Shown here: positions 1-9,632 of the stretch, one piece after another
How positions within the stretch are numbered: the first letter of the stretch is position 1
How the letters are laid out: each line of letters begins with the position of its first letter
Assembly (NCBI GenBank): GCA_903905655.1
Contig: CAIVHG010000035.1
Location: 722-64,721, forward strand
Length of the DNA stretch: 64,000 bases
Direction: 5' to 3'
Source of the DNA: an uncultured beta proteobacterium
Lineage (GTDB): Bacteria > Pseudomonadota > Gammaproteobacteria > Burkholderiales > SG8-41
Translations under genes and position numbers: made by a program
The notes under the pieces: generated by a model
The model's input: only the letters and a program-made list of their open reading frames with translations
What the model was told of the DNA's origin: nothing
The model's database searches: none

Positions 1-2
1 AT

Positions 3-182
3 CTGGCCGGCACGCCCACTTGGAGCGTCTATCCCGAGGGACGCACCGGTTGCAACCGGCAAGCGGTCGATATCCGTCTTGACTATAGCTTTACGACCAA
101 AGACCTGAGAGTCCATTCCTGCAAGGTGGAGGATTCGAAAGCCTCCGATCACCTGCCGGTGTCTGTGCTGATTGAAATATAA
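3..182 (+). CDS. Endonuclease/exonuclease/phosphatase (EEP) family protein, 3' end only (truncated by window start)
   Basis: Frame 3 reads ...IRLDYSFTTKDLRVHSCKVEDSKASDHLPVSVLIEI-stop(180-182). RLDY and SDHLPV are the C-terminal EEP motifs. Not in the ORF track. Confidence 0.8.
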   Translation: MAGTPTWSVYPEGRTGCNRQAVDIRLDYSFTTKDLRVHSCKVEDSKASDHLPVSVLIEI

Positions 183-277
183 CGCGGTTAGCAGGTCACA
201 CACTTAGCCCTGTAGTTTGCACGAAAATCCCGCACTCGCAGGTACGCCGCCAGCACGGAATTCTTTTCAAGACGCGA

Positions 278-1387
278 TCAAAACTTAACCTGAGCCCAGA
301 CGCCGATCTCGTCATACTTGCCCTGCATCGGCGCCGTCGCGCTGCCGATGGTGCCGCTGCTCGCGGTAGACAGTGCACCGCCAGTGACATCTTCGTGCTT
401 GTAAACAAGAGCGACGTCGACGTTGGCGCGCACGTGATACGCGAGGCCGAGGTTGTAATACTTGTCCTTGTAGTTCGGATTCAGATCCTTGCTCGGAGAG
501 ACATTGTCGTAACGTGCAAACAGGCTGGTCTTGTCGGTAATGTTATAAGAAAGCCATGTCGATGAACCGGTCGACGAGTCCGTCGGAGCGAGCAACACCT
601 GCGTCCAGTTGGTGGTCCTGAAATATTCGACACCGAACCGCACCACCGGATCGACGTAGGCAATTACTGCATCATAGCGCTGCGCTGTATGCTGCGACGT
701 GACGCCTTGTGTCACTTTACCCAGCTTCCCATTGTAAAGGCCTGCCGCCAGGGTCACGCCTTTCATTGGCATGTACGCGATGCGCCCTTCAAAGTCCACA
801 CTCTTCGAGCGCGAAGGATTCTTATAGCCGTTGCCGTTTACTGCGGATACTGCGTATGTCACCATCCCGTCGGATGTGCCGCCACCCGCATGCATGCCCC
901 AGTCGGCTGAAGTACCGAACTTGGTGCGGTCGGCCACGGTGTTTTCAACGAACCGGTACCCGTAGAGCCCCTCGACAAACGGGATCCACGGCATGTCAGC
1001 CGCACCGGCGCGCGCAATGAAGGCATCGGAGACTTTGGCCTGCACATATGCCTTCTTGACCAGGACCTGCGTCTGGCTGTCGGCGGCGACATAGTTGAAG
1101 TCGGTGGTGAGATTAGCAGTCCACATGCTGTCGAACACATGGTCCAGTGTCAGATAAAAACGCTTCACATCTATGCCGGTTCCGCTCGGAGTGACCCCGT
1201 TTCCATTGGTCGTTTGATCGATGTTGGTGAAGTCAAAATATGCAGTGCCGCCAACCTTCGTCGATTCTGAAATGTCAACTGCGTATGCCGCCTTCGCAGT
1301 GACGCCCCAGGCGAACGCCATCATGGCAAGCGCGACACATTTCCGCATGATCTGATTCTTCGTTGTCTTTCCGGCACAAATTTTCAT
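278..1387 (-). CDS. Outer-membrane porin, probably phosphate/anion porin-like
   Basis: AGGAG RBS before ATG 1387, signal peptide ending AYA, amphipathic beta-strands, C-terminal WAQVKF. PHO-box promoter upstream. Confidence 0.75.
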   Translation of the reverse strand: MKICAGKTTKNQIMRKCVALAMMAFAWGVTAKAAYAVDISESTKVGGTAYFDFTNIDQTTNGNGVTPSGTGIDVKRFYLTLDHVFDSMWTANLTTDFNYVAADSQTQVLVKKAYVQAKVSDAFIARAGAADMPWIPFVEGLYGYRFVENTVADRTKFGTSADWGMHAGGGTSDGMVTYAVSAVNGNGYKNPSRSKSVDFEGRIAYMPMKGVTLAAGLYNGKLGKVTQGVTSQHTAQRYDAVIAYVDPVVRFGVEYFRTTNWTQVLLAPTDSSTGSSTWLSYNITDKTSLFARYDNVSPSKDLNPNYKDKYYNLGLAYHVRANVDVALVYKHEDVTGGALSTASSGTIGSATAPMQGKYDEIGVWAQVKF

Positions 1388-1486
1388 AACGCTCCTGTTG
1401 ATGTCGTATAAAGATAATTGCACTGCCTGCCATAGATAGTTCAGTGCGGTTGTGGAGCGCAGCACTGAGCTGCGCCTCGGTGTAGG

Positions 1487-1520
1487 AGTATGGTTAACCA
1501 ACATGACAGAATCATTACTG
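1487..1520 (-). promoter_or_regulatory. PHO box plus -10 element for the porin gene
   Basis: Minus strand CAGTAAT-GATT-CTGTCAT (1520-1503), 10 nt, then CATACT (1492-1487). This is the canonical PhoB promoter geometry. Confidence 0.7.
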
Positions 1521-1613
1521 TATTGCGACTGCAATACAGTTGAAGTACGTACGGAAAATCCCTAATGCGGATGTGTCGCCGCCGCGCAGATGACTCTGCT
1601 TGCTCGCTGTAGA

Positions 1614-1645
1614 GCATCGTTCATCAAACTCTCGATGAACGATGC
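1614..1645. terminator. 12-bp inverted repeat downstream of the phosphoesterase gene (terminator or mRNA stabiliser)
   Basis: GCATCGTTCATC-AAACTCTC-GATGAACGATGC; no clear U-tail. Confidence 0.5.
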
Positions 1646-1660
1646 CCGCATTAACTTTTC

Positions 1661-2737
1661 TTAAGGCTTTACCGCATCCAAGTTGCTCTTGACGATCATC
1701 GGATGAATGACAAAGAGTTCAGGCTGCCGGGGATCCACGCTCACCTTCACCCAATGGACGTTGGGGCTGCCGAAAGTTTCCAGCCGCGTAAAATTGGGCA
1801 CGAGTTCGCTCTGCTTCACCAGCGGCTTGTCGACCTTGAAGAAGTGCGTGTCACCATGAACGAACAACACCTGGCCTGCGTATGCCCGCGTTTCCCTGAC
1901 CAGGATCGCCAGAAAATTGGAGTACCCGTCACCGGCAGGGTCCTTGCGTTCGTCCAGTTCTTCAGTCTCCGGGATATCGAACCTGGGGTCGGCCTGAACG
2001 ACGATCACCATGCCTTTGGCTTTTTGCTGCTTGGCGAGCGCGAACGCTTCCATTGTCCAAGCGATGTTGGCGGCATCGCGCTCAACGTATTCTGCGTTCG
2101 TCGCCTTGCACTGATCGAGGGTGCGTGCGCTCTTGTCCGCACACTCCTTGTCGCTGTTTACTTTGTTGTTGTTCGATCCTGGCACGTTGAGCCCCACGAA
2201 CACGATGCCCTTGTGCATGAATCGCGTATTCTCCACATACCTCTCTCCGAGCTTGCCCTGATGCTCGAGCGGCATCCGGCTTATGCCGAAACTGCGCGAG
2301 TCGGCGTACATGATTTTGCGCACATAAGCGAGGCGCTCGAGGCTGTCATAACCACCGTTGTTGAGGCGATGGCAGTCGGTCCACTCGTTGTCTCCGGGCA
2401 CGTAGACGGCCGGCTTGCGCAGCGTGTTGAACATCTGCACGGCATTCGCATAGACATCGTCGGTGCACTTTGAGCTGCCGTCCTTGATATCGCCGTCGTA
2501 GATGGAGAAAGCGATGTCGGATGCGTTCATGTCGGCGATGACACGCGGAATTTTAGGGCCGTCGTTCGCCTTTGCGTAGGGCATGTCCCCCCACAGGCCG
2601 AAGTTGAACTGCTGCGCGCTGGCGGTGGCTGCCATGCCGATACCCGCGAGCACGGCGCAGGCGTAACCGCACCGGAGCAAGGCCGCGTAAAATTTTCGCG
2701 GGCGGACAGTAGCGACGAAATGGGATAGCGATTTCAT
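1661..2737 (-). CDS. Exported calcineurin-like metallophosphoesterase
   Basis: Signal peptide ending ASA; metallophosphoesterase motifs GDMPY, DGDIKDG, PGDNEWTDC, HGDTH. Confidence 0.8.
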   Translation of the reverse strand: MKSLSHFVATVRPRKFYAALLRCGYACAVLAGIGMAATASAQQFNFGLWGDMPYAKANDGPKIPRVIADMNASDIAFSIYDGDIKDGSSKCTDDVYANAVQMFNTLRKPAVYVPGDNEWTDCHRLNNGGYDSLERLAYVRKIMYADSRSFGISRMPLEHQGKLGERYVENTRFMHKGIVFVGLNVPGSNNNKVNSDKECADKSARTLDQCKATNAEYVERDAANIAWTMEAFALAKQQKAKGMVIVVQADPRFDIPETEELDERKDPAGDGYSNFLAILVRETRAYAGQVLFVHGDTHFFKVDKPLVKQSELVPNFTRLETFGSPNVHWVKVSVDPRQPELFVIHPMIVKSNLDAVKP

Positions 2738-2776
2738 GGGAAAACTCCTATGCGTGTTAATTTTTCGGAGGGCACC

Positions 2777-2810
2777 AGCCTAGCCGTGCTGGATTACGGA
2801 TTTGTGAAAG
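2777..2810 (-). promoter_or_regulatory. PHO box plus -10 element for the phosphoesterase gene
   Basis: Minus strand CTTTCAC-AAAT-CCGTAAT (2810-2793), 10 nt, then TAGGCT (2782-2777). Confidence 0.65.
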
Positions 2811-2811
2811 C

Positions 2812-3507
2812 TCAGCGCGAGGCGGTGAGTTCGAACACGACGGTCACCTGATAGACCTGGTCCCTGCCCTTCAGCGACTCCGGCGCCTGCGGGTATGCTG
2901 CAGTCTCGACCGCAGCGATTGCAGCGCGGTCGATAAGGCCGGCGCCGCTGGTCTGGATGATCCTCATCTGGCTCGCGACGCCATCGCGAAAATTGAACTC
3001 CACCCGCGCCCGCCCCCGAAACCCGCTGATGCGCGCGGCCGGCGGATAGGACACGGCCGCCTGGATTGCCGCCCTCACCCTTGCCGCGAACTCGGCTTCC
3101 CTGTCGGCGCGCAGATTTGCACTGGGCGGAGGTGGCGGCGCCACCGGCGCGGGTGGTTCGGCAATCGGCGAGTCGTTGGCAACGATCGGTGCAGGTTCAG
3201 GCCGCTGCACCGGTGGCGTGGGCGGCGCCGGCACCGGTGCAGCGGCGACTACTTTCGCGACCGCCTTCGGCGGTGGCAGCGGCTGCACCTTGGGTTGGAG
3301 CTTGGGCAGGCTCTTGGGAGTATCAGACTGCGTCTGGTCCAGTGAGATCTCGACGACCGGCATCTCGGGTGCTGCCTTTGTGGACGCGTTGATGATCAGC
3401 GCTGCCGCCGCCGATACGAAGAGCGCTTCAATCGCGATCGCGCACAGCAGCGTGCGGCCGAACGACAACGTCCGCACTGGTGCGCGCACTGCGCGCTCAG
3501 TCCGCAT
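2812..3507 (-). CDS. tonB: Energy transducer TonB
   Basis: N-terminal TM helix, Pro-rich linker, C-terminal YPPAAR...SG...DRAA TonB_C domain; follows exbD. Confidence 0.88.
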   Translation of the reverse strand: MRTERAVRAPVRTLSFGRTLLCAIAIEALFVSAAAALIINASTKAAPEMPVVEISLDQTQSDTPKSLPKLQPKVQPLPPPKAVAKVVAAAPVPAPPTPPVQRPEPAPIVANDSPIAEPPAPVAPPPPPSANLRADREAEFAARVRAAIQAAVSYPPAARISGFRGRARVEFNFRDGVASQMRIIQTSGAGLIDRAAIAAVETAAYPQAPESLKGRDQVYQVTVVFELTASR

Positions 3508-3895
3508 TGCGTGTCGCTAGTCCGATCTGGCTGATGCCGCTCTCGCGGCATGCATCCATGACGCGGGTCAGCTGCTGCAGGGACGCCGTCGCGGATCCGG
3601 CGATGGTGACCACGGTCTTGCCTGTTCCTGCAGCCAGATCGCGGAGCTTGGCGCGCAGTTCTTCCAGGCTGATGACAATGCGGTCTACCATCAGGCTGCC
3701 GTCCTCATGAATCTCGATCATCACTTTGGTGGGCGGCAACGCCTGGCTGGTGCTGCTCGCCGGCAATTGGCCGATCAGACCGCTGGTGGGGATCATGTTC
3801 ATCGCCATCATGATAAAAAACACCAGCAGGAATAGCATGATGTCGATCATCGGCACGATCTCGATGCGCGGCTTTTTCACTTCGAAATAGCGCAC
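3497..3895 (-). CDS. exbD: Biopolymer transporter ExbD
   Basis: IEIVPMIDIMLFLLVFFI motif; lies between exbB and tonB. Confidence 0.92.
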   Translation of the reverse strand: MRYFEVKKPRIEIVPMIDIMLFLLVFFIMMAMNMIPTSGLIGQLPASSTSQALPPTKVMIEIHEDGSLMVDRIVISLEELRAKLRDLAAGTGKTVVTIAGSATASLQQLTRVMDACRESGISQIGLATRNAD

Positions 3896-3898
3896 CGC

Positions 3899-4570
3899 TC
3901 AACTCCCAGTGCGGGCAAGCGCGATCGGAGCGTGCTGCGGCGGTGCATCGGCCCCGGATTGGGCGTAGCGATTGATCAGCATCTGCTTCAGTGTTTCCAG
4001 TTGATGCACCAGCAGGCGCACCCGGTTGTTCAGGCTGTTGAGGAACACCATGCCGACCATCGCGATCAACAGGCCGCAGGCCGTAGCGATCAGCGCCTCC
4101 GCCACGCCGCCGGTGACCTGGGTGGGAACCGAGCCCCCCTGTCCGAGGCCGGCGAAGGCGTTGAACATGCCGACGATGGTGCCGAACAGCCCCAGCAGAG
4201 GCGCCAGCGTCACCGCTGTGTCGAGCATCCACATGTAACGGTCGAGCAGCGGGATCTCGTGCATGATCGCTTCCTCCAGCCGGTCCGCCAGCACCTGCCG
4301 GTCATTGATCTCGGGATGTGCAATCGTCACCCCGAGCAGGGCCGCGTGCGGCAGGTGCCCAGCGTGATCGATTTCGGCCTGCAGCAGGTCGAAGCGCAAA
4401 CGCGGCAGATCCGCCACCCTTTCATTGACGGCACGACCGCCCGCCATGACGCGATACAGGAACCAGCCGCGCTCCACGATCACCGCCAGGGCGACCAGCA
4501 ACAGCAACGCCATCAGGTAGAGGGTGCCGCCGGACGAAGCCGCGATCACGGACAAGTATTGTAAGCTCAT
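3899..4570 (-). CDS. exbB: MotA/TolQ/ExbB proton channel protein
   Basis: APLLGLFGTIVGM and AEALIATACGL motifs. Confidence 0.92.
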   Translation of the reverse strand: MSLQYLSVIAASSGGTLYLMALLLLVALAVIVERGWFLYRVMAGGRAVNERVADLPRLRFDLLQAEIDHAGHLPHAALLGVTIAHPEINDRQVLADRLEEAIMHEIPLLDRYMWMLDTAVTLAPLLGLFGTIVGMFNAFAGLGQGGSVPTQVTGGVAEALIATACGLLIAMVGMVFLNSLNNRVRLLVHQLETLKQMLINRYAQSGADAPPQHAPIALARTGS

Positions 4571-4636
4571 GTCATGCCTCTTGTGCCGTAGCTTGCAGAA
4601 TAGGCAGGCCGCGCCCGCGGCCCGCCATTGTCAATC

Positions 4637-6904
4637 TCAAAACTCCGCCAGAAACGTGGCCATCATGCTGCGCGGCGGCTGCCAGGAGAAGGTGTCCCCG
4701 GCATTAGGCTGTCCGTATGCCGCGCTACCCGCGGTCTTGTTGACGGCGCTGACGGCGATGATGTCCTCGTGGTTGAAGAGATTGAACACATTGAGTTGCA
4801 GCTTAACGTTCTTTGCCCCCCAACCCAGGTTGGTGAAGCGGTAGGCGACGCTAAAATCGGCCGACGAATACGCGGCCAGCGGGTAGCCCTGATCGTCGAG
4901 CACGTACGTGCTGCCGACCCGCTTTTGCACCAGCGAACCGCTCCAGGGACCGGATTTGTAGAGCACCCCCACCGCAGTCGTATTGTCGGGCACGCCCGCA
5001 ATCTGCAGCCCGCTCGCCTTCGAGGCGGCGCGGTTCAGCGAACCGTTTGCATAGAGCGAGATTCCGTTGCCGAAGGCGTAAGTCAATTGCGCTTCGACGC
5101 CCTTGTAGACCACGCCACCCTGGTTGTAGAACACAGGCTGAGAAGAACTACTCCCGGGGACCGTAGCGATCTTGTTGTCGAAATCGATGTAGTAAAGATC
5201 CGCGTCGAATGCAATCTTGTCGGACTGATGCACCACGCCCCACTGGTAATTAGTCGAAGTCTGCGGGGAAACCGACGATGCATCCGCGTTGGAGCTCTGA
5301 TAGCTGCTGATATCGGGCACCAGCATGCCCTTCGCGTACTGCATATAGGTCGACCACACGGGGCTGATGCGGTAATTGGCCGCCAGGAACGGCAGGGTTG
5401 CGCTGAAATCCTTGGAGATGTTCTGCGGGATGCGCGCCGTCTGGTTGACGCTCGCGTCGATCGTCAGATTCCAGTGCATGTATTTGAGGCCCGGCGTCAC
5501 TTTCAGAGCAGGAGTGACATTCCATTCGTACTCGATGAATGGCTGGTACTGGGTCCAGCCCGATTTCTGCTCGTATTTGACGTTGTTGATGCTGGCATTG
5601 ACGCCGGGAACGGCCGCCTGGTCATAGTTAGGCTGGTTGTTGAACAGGTTGTAATCGTAGAAGGCACGGTGAGTGAAGTTCTTCTCGACCCACGCGCCGA
5701 AGCGCACCAGGCCAGATTCGGTTTTCCGCGACGTCTTGAAGATGTCGCCCCACACCGCGTATTCATTGTTCTTGGTGCCGCCGGGCATTTGTCCAGTGAC
5801 GGTAGCGCCGTTCGCAATCTTCACCGATCCGGTGCCGGTCGTGAGATCCGTCGCAGTCGTGGTGAGCGTGTTGTTGGTGTAGTTGTAGTAATAGGCGTTG
5901 TTGTCGATCCCCCATCCCGAGCCCAGGTCGCTCTGAAAACGCACGTAGTTCATCGCAGTGGACTTGGTGGCCTTGTTGTAGCCAAAATAATTGGCCTTCG
6001 TCGGGTCGATGCCCAGCGCGTAATTCTTGCCGAGCGCCTGCGCCTGAGCGAGCGTAATGCCCTTCTCGTTGTCGTTCTGCTGATACCAGTTATGGTTGAT
6101 ATTGAGGTTCGCCGTGATCAGCGAGCGATCGCCGACCGGCTTCTCGAACTTGAGCATCAGGTTCTGGCCCTGGATTTTGCTGTAGGTCCGATAGCCATCG
6201 CTGGTGATCTGCTGCGCGTTGATCGCCAGCGCCGCATCCCCGTAATTCTGCAGCGTGCCGGAGTCGTAGCGCGCTCCCATCAGCTTGGTATTCCAGCTGC
6301 CGTAGGAGAAGGTCGGCGCGAAGGTTCTTTCGCGCGCCAGATCGCGCGAAAACAGGCCAATGGTTCCCCCGAAGGTCGCGGCGCCGAAATTGCTGGCCTG
6401 TCCTGGGCCGCGCTCGATTTCGACGCGGCCGATCACCGCAGCGGGAAAGTAGGCAGTGGAATGGTGCGTTGGGCCGTTGGTATCGCCAAACGGAATACCG
6501 TCGAACGTAATGTTGAATTCGCCGTCCTTGAAGCCGCGCAGCCCGTTCTTGGTTTCGCCGAGCCCCGGCCCGTTGGGAGAGATCCCCAGCGTGACACTGG
6601 GCGCGATGACGGCAATGGTGGAATAATCGCCCACCGGCGATCTGGACTCCTCGATGAAGGAGCGATTGATGATCGATTTCGGCTGAGTCGCTTCCAGGGT
6701 AGTCTGCGTGGGCGCCGCCGCAGCCGCCCGCGAGGCCGCGGCTCCGGTTGCACTTTGATTTAAAGCTGCGCCTGTCGCGCTAGTCCCCACGGTACCGAGA
6801 TCGATCGCGTCTGCGGCGAACGCCTGGCTGACTGCAATGCTCAAAACTGAGGCGACTGCGACGGAATAGCGAAACCGCACCCGCGTTGCGACTGGCTTTT
6901 TCAA
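4637..6904 (-). CDS. TonB-dependent receptor
   Basis: TTG start after GGAG, signal peptide, plug motifs (LRGF..FNITFDGIP, VEIERGPG), NVFNLFN and C-terminal Phe. Confidence 0.92.
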   Translation of the reverse strand: MKKPVATRVRFRYSVAVASVLSIAVSQAFAADAIDLGTVGTSATGAALNQSATGAAASRAAAAAPTQTTLEATQPKSIINRSFIEESRSPVGDYSTIAVIAPSVTLGISPNGPGLGETKNGLRGFKDGEFNITFDGIPFGDTNGPTHHSTAYFPAAVIGRVEIERGPGQASNFGAATFGGTIGLFSRDLARERTFAPTFSYGSWNTKLMGARYDSGTLQNYGDAALAINAQQITSDGYRTYSKIQGQNLMLKFEKPVGDRSLITANLNINHNWYQQNDNEKGITLAQAQALGKNYALGIDPTKANYFGYNKATKSTAMNYVRFQSDLGSGWGIDNNAYYYNYTNNTLTTTATDLTTGTGSVKIANGATVTGQMPGGTKNNEYAVWGDIFKTSRKTESGLVRFGAWVEKNFTHRAFYDYNLFNNQPNYDQAAVPGVNASINNVKYEQKSGWTQYQPFIEYEWNVTPALKVTPGLKYMHWNLTIDASVNQTARIPQNISKDFSATLPFLAANYRISPVWSTYMQYAKGMLVPDISSYQSSNADASSVSPQTSTNYQWGVVHQSDKIAFDADLYYIDFDNKIATVPGSSSSQPVFYNQGGVVYKGVEAQLTYAFGNGISLYANGSLNRAASKASGLQIAGVPDNTTAVGVLYKSGPWSGSLVQKRVGSTYVLDDQGYPLAAYSSADFSVAYRFTNLGWGAKNVKLQLNVFNLFNHEDIIAVSAVNKTAGSAAYGQPNAGDTFSWQPPRSMMATFLAEF

Positions 6905-6937
6905 TGTTGCTCCCTGGAATGTTCTGGAAAGAGCAGT

Positions 6938-6982
6938 AATCTAGAGTTGCCGTGTTACAGGCAGGTGAACCTTTTGTGAAAA
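6938..6982 (-). promoter_or_regulatory. Triple PHO half-site plus -10 element for the TBDR-exbBD-tonB operon
   Basis: Minus strand TTTTCAC-AAAA-GGTTCAC-CTGC-CTGTAAC with 11-bp period, 10 nt, then TAGATT (6943-6938). Confidence 0.7.
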
Positions 6983-7174
6983 CATTCGGCTTGACGCGTG
7001 CGGCACGTTATGACATGTCGTCTGCAACAGAGGTAGCGCGAGCCACTCAGCGGACGTTCCGCACGACCGACAATGTGAATTGGATTCTGGTACCATCCCC
7101 GCAATAAAGCGTACGAAGCTGTCATGCTAGAGTTTTATGTGCAACGGAATACCATCCCACTAGAGGAGCAGACG

Positions 7175-7813
7175 ATGGCTACACCCTACGGACTGACGGT
7201 GGCGGGGCTCGACTACTCAGGGGTCGCGGAAGACGAATTCGACGACTGGTACGACCTGGAGCACATCCCCGAGCGCCTGGTGATCAAGGGCGTGCTCGGC
7301 GCCGAGCGCTGGATCGGGGTGGAGAACCCGAAGCTCTCGATCGTCACCTACGACTTCGAGAGCCCCGAAGTCTCTCAATCACCAGCCTATAGAGCGATCA
7401 GCGGGGAGCACATGACGGTGTGGTCCAAGCGCGTGGTCGCCAAATGCCAGCGCGTCTGCGGCTTCGATGCCATGCAGTTGCTGCCCGGGCAGCAGGCCGC
7501 GCCAGCCGGTGCGGGCGGCGCGCTGCTGGTCGGGCTCAATGTGCCCGAGGAAGCGGACGCCGAGTTCAACGCCTGGTGCAATGAAGAGCACATCCCGCGC
7601 CTCGCAACCGTCAAGGGCTGTCTGGCCGCGCGGCGCTTCAAGACGACCCGGGGCACGCAGCGCTATCTCAATCTCTACCACTACACTTCGCCCGAGATCC
7701 CCACGTCAGCCGAGTGGAAGAAAGCGGGCGCCTCGCCGTGGCGGGATAAGATGGTCCCCTATTTCCGCGACCATTTGCGCTACATCCTGCGGCCTTATGT
7801 GCGGGCGCAATAA
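7175..7813 (+). CDS. Two-domain EthD/DUF4286-like dimeric alpha-beta barrel protein, function unknown
   Basis: GAGGAG RBS before ATG 7175; duplicated motif EFDDWYDLEHIPERL / EFNAWCNEEHIPRL. Confidence 0.7.
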   Translation: MATPYGLTVAGLDYSGVAEDEFDDWYDLEHIPERLVIKGVLGAERWIGVENPKLSIVTYDFESPEVSQSPAYRAISGEHMTVWSKRVVAKCQRVCGFDAMQLLPGQQAAPAGAGGALLVGLNVPEEADAEFNAWCNEEHIPRLATVKGCLAARRFKTTRGTQRYLNLYHYTSPEIPTSAEWKKAGASPWRDKMVPYFRDHLRYILRPYVRAQ

Positions 7814-7881
7814 GCGGGCGCCTTAAAGCGTGCGGGCGCAATAGCCGCGCGCCTAAAAAAGCGCGCGCAGCAGCCCTGCGC

Positions 7882-7946
7882 GAATGTAACGGGAATGTAA
7901 CAACGCATCGCCTGCATTGACCGTCGGCCGCGCCCGCTGCTAGCAT
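7882..7946 (+). promoter_or_regulatory. OmpR/PhoB-family-type direct repeat and sigma70-like promoter upstream of DUF1800
   Basis: GAATGTAAC-GG-GAATGTAAC (7882-7901, 11-bp period); TTGACC(7917)-18 nt-TAGCAT(7941). Confidence 0.45.
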
Positions 7947-8025
7947 TTGCCTGGTTCGTGAGATATGCGCAGCGGGGTATGCGCCAACTTTGCGCCCGCC
8001 TTGGGGAGATCAAGAGCCATCAGCG

Positions 8026-9615
8026 ATGAATGGGATTCCGCATAACGGCAAGCCGATGCTGAGTACACGACGCACCTGGAGTACGGCACTCGCTGTTGCC
8101 GCCTGCGCCATCGCCGCGTGCGCCCCCCTTTCCCCGGACCATCCGGCATCCGCAGAATCGCGCGCCGAGCAAGTACAAAGCGTCGAGCCGCTGCAGTTGC
8201 TCAACCGCCTGACCTGGGGCGCGAGCTGGGCATCGGCGCAGCAGATCTCTGCGCTCGGCAGCGCGCGGTTCCTGGAACAGCAGCTTCATCCCGCGCCCGC
8301 CGCTATGCCTCCCGAGATCGCGGCCCAGATCGACGCCATGACGATCTCGCAGCGCCCGGCCACGCAACTCGCGATCGATCTCGAGCAGCGCCGCATCCAG
8401 GCCAATGCGATCGCAGATACTGAAAGCAAGCAGGCCGCGTTGCAGGCGTATCAGCAGGAACTGACACGGCTTGGGCGCGAGGCCGCGGCGCGCTCGCTGC
8501 TGCGCGCGCTCTACTCGCCCAATCAACTGCAGGAGCAGATGACCTGGTTCTGGATGAACCACTTCAACGTCTATCTGTTCAAACGCGACATCCGCGCGCT
8601 AGTCGGCGATTACGAGGAGCATGCGATACGCGATCATGCGCTCGGCCGCTTCCGCGACCTCCTGGCGGCGACCGTGCATCATCCGGCGATGCTGCGTTAT
8701 CTGGACAACGAGCAGAACGCGGCGGGCCGTCTCAACGAAAACTATGCGCGCGAGCTGATGGAACTGCACACCCTGGGTGTGGACGGCGGCTACACCCAGT
8801 CCGATGTGCAGGAACTCGCGCGCATCCTGACCGGCCTTGGGGTCAACGTGAATCGCGGCAATCCGAACGTGCGCGCCGCGCTGGCCGGCCAGTACGTGCG
8901 CGATGGGTTGTGGGAATTCAATCCGGGCCGGCACGATTACGGCGACAAGGTCCTGCTCGGGCAAACGGTCAAAGGGCGGGGGCTTGCCGAGATCGACGAA
9001 GCGATCGATCGCCTCGCACGGCACCCCGCCACCGCGCGCTACATCAGCCGCAAGCTCGCCACGTATTTCTGCTGCGACGACCCCGCGCCCGAACTCGTGG
9101 CACGCATGGCCCAGGCGTTCCAGGCGAGCGATGGCGACATCGCGGCGACGTTGAAGACACTCTATGCATCCCCCGAGTTCGCGCGCTCGCTGGGCCGCAA
9201 GTTCAAGGACCCCATGCACTACGTCGTGTCCGCGCTGCGGCTTGCATATGACGACAAACCCATACTCAACACGGCACCGATCATCAACTGGCTCAACCGC
9301 ATGGGCCAGCCGCTCTACGCCCACCTCACGCCCGACGGCTATTCGATGACTCAGGAAGCGTGGGCGAGCCCCGGCCAGATGACGACGCGCTTCGAGATCG
9401 CGCGCGCAATCGGGGCGAGCAATGCGGGGCTGTTCCGCGGCGAAGGCCCGCAGCCGGCCGAGCGTCCGGCGTTCCCGCAGCTCGCCAACGCGGTATATTA
9501 CGGGTCGCTGATCAAGACCATTGGCCCCGCCACACGCGATGCCCTGGAGCGGGCGGCGTCGCAGCAGGACTGGAACATGTATCTGCTTGCCTCCCCAGAA
9601 TTCATGAACCGCTGA
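8026..9615 (+). CDS. DUF1800 family protein (probable lipoprotein)
   Basis: QLQEQMTWFWMNHFNV, HPAMLRYLDN and NENYARELMELHTLG motifs; lipobox-like IAAC. Start uncertain (8026 or 8056). Confidence 0.9.
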   Translation: MNGIPHNGKPMLSTRRTWSTALAVAACAIAACAPLSPDHPASAESRAEQVQSVEPLQLLNRLTWGASWASAQQISALGSARFLEQQLHPAPAAMPPEIAAQIDAMTISQRPATQLAIDLEQRRIQANAIADTESKQAALQAYQQELTRLGREAAARSLLRALYSPNQLQEQMTWFWMNHFNVYLFKRDIRALVGDYEEHAIRDHALGRFRDLLAATVHHPAMLRYLDNEQNAAGRLNENYARELMELHTLGVDGGYTQSDVQELARILTGLGVNVNRGNPNVRAALAGQYVRDGLWEFNPGRHDYGDKVLLGQTVKGRGLAEIDEAIDRLARHPATARYISRKLATYFCCDDPAPELVARMAQAFQASDGDIAATLKTLYASPEFARSLGRKFKDPMHYVVSALRLAYDDKPILNTAPIINWLNRMGQPLYAHLTPDGYSMTQEAWASPGQMTTRFEIARAIGASNAGLFRGEGPQPAERPAFPQLANAVYYGSLIKTIGPATRDALERAASQQDWNMYLLASPEFMNR

Positions 9616-9632
9616 CTGAACGAGGTGCCATC

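Noticed and set aside
4628-6763. Long antisense ORFs (e.g. 4628..6763+, 20012..21793-, 43019..44509+, 14256..15608+, 16240..17622+)
   Set aside because: Each lies opposite a well-supported gene and has no recognisable motif. Such shadows are expected from GC-rich codon usage.
7119-7125. Single CTGTCAT upstream of the EthD-like gene
   Set aside because: No second half-site in register and no convincing -10 at 10 nt.
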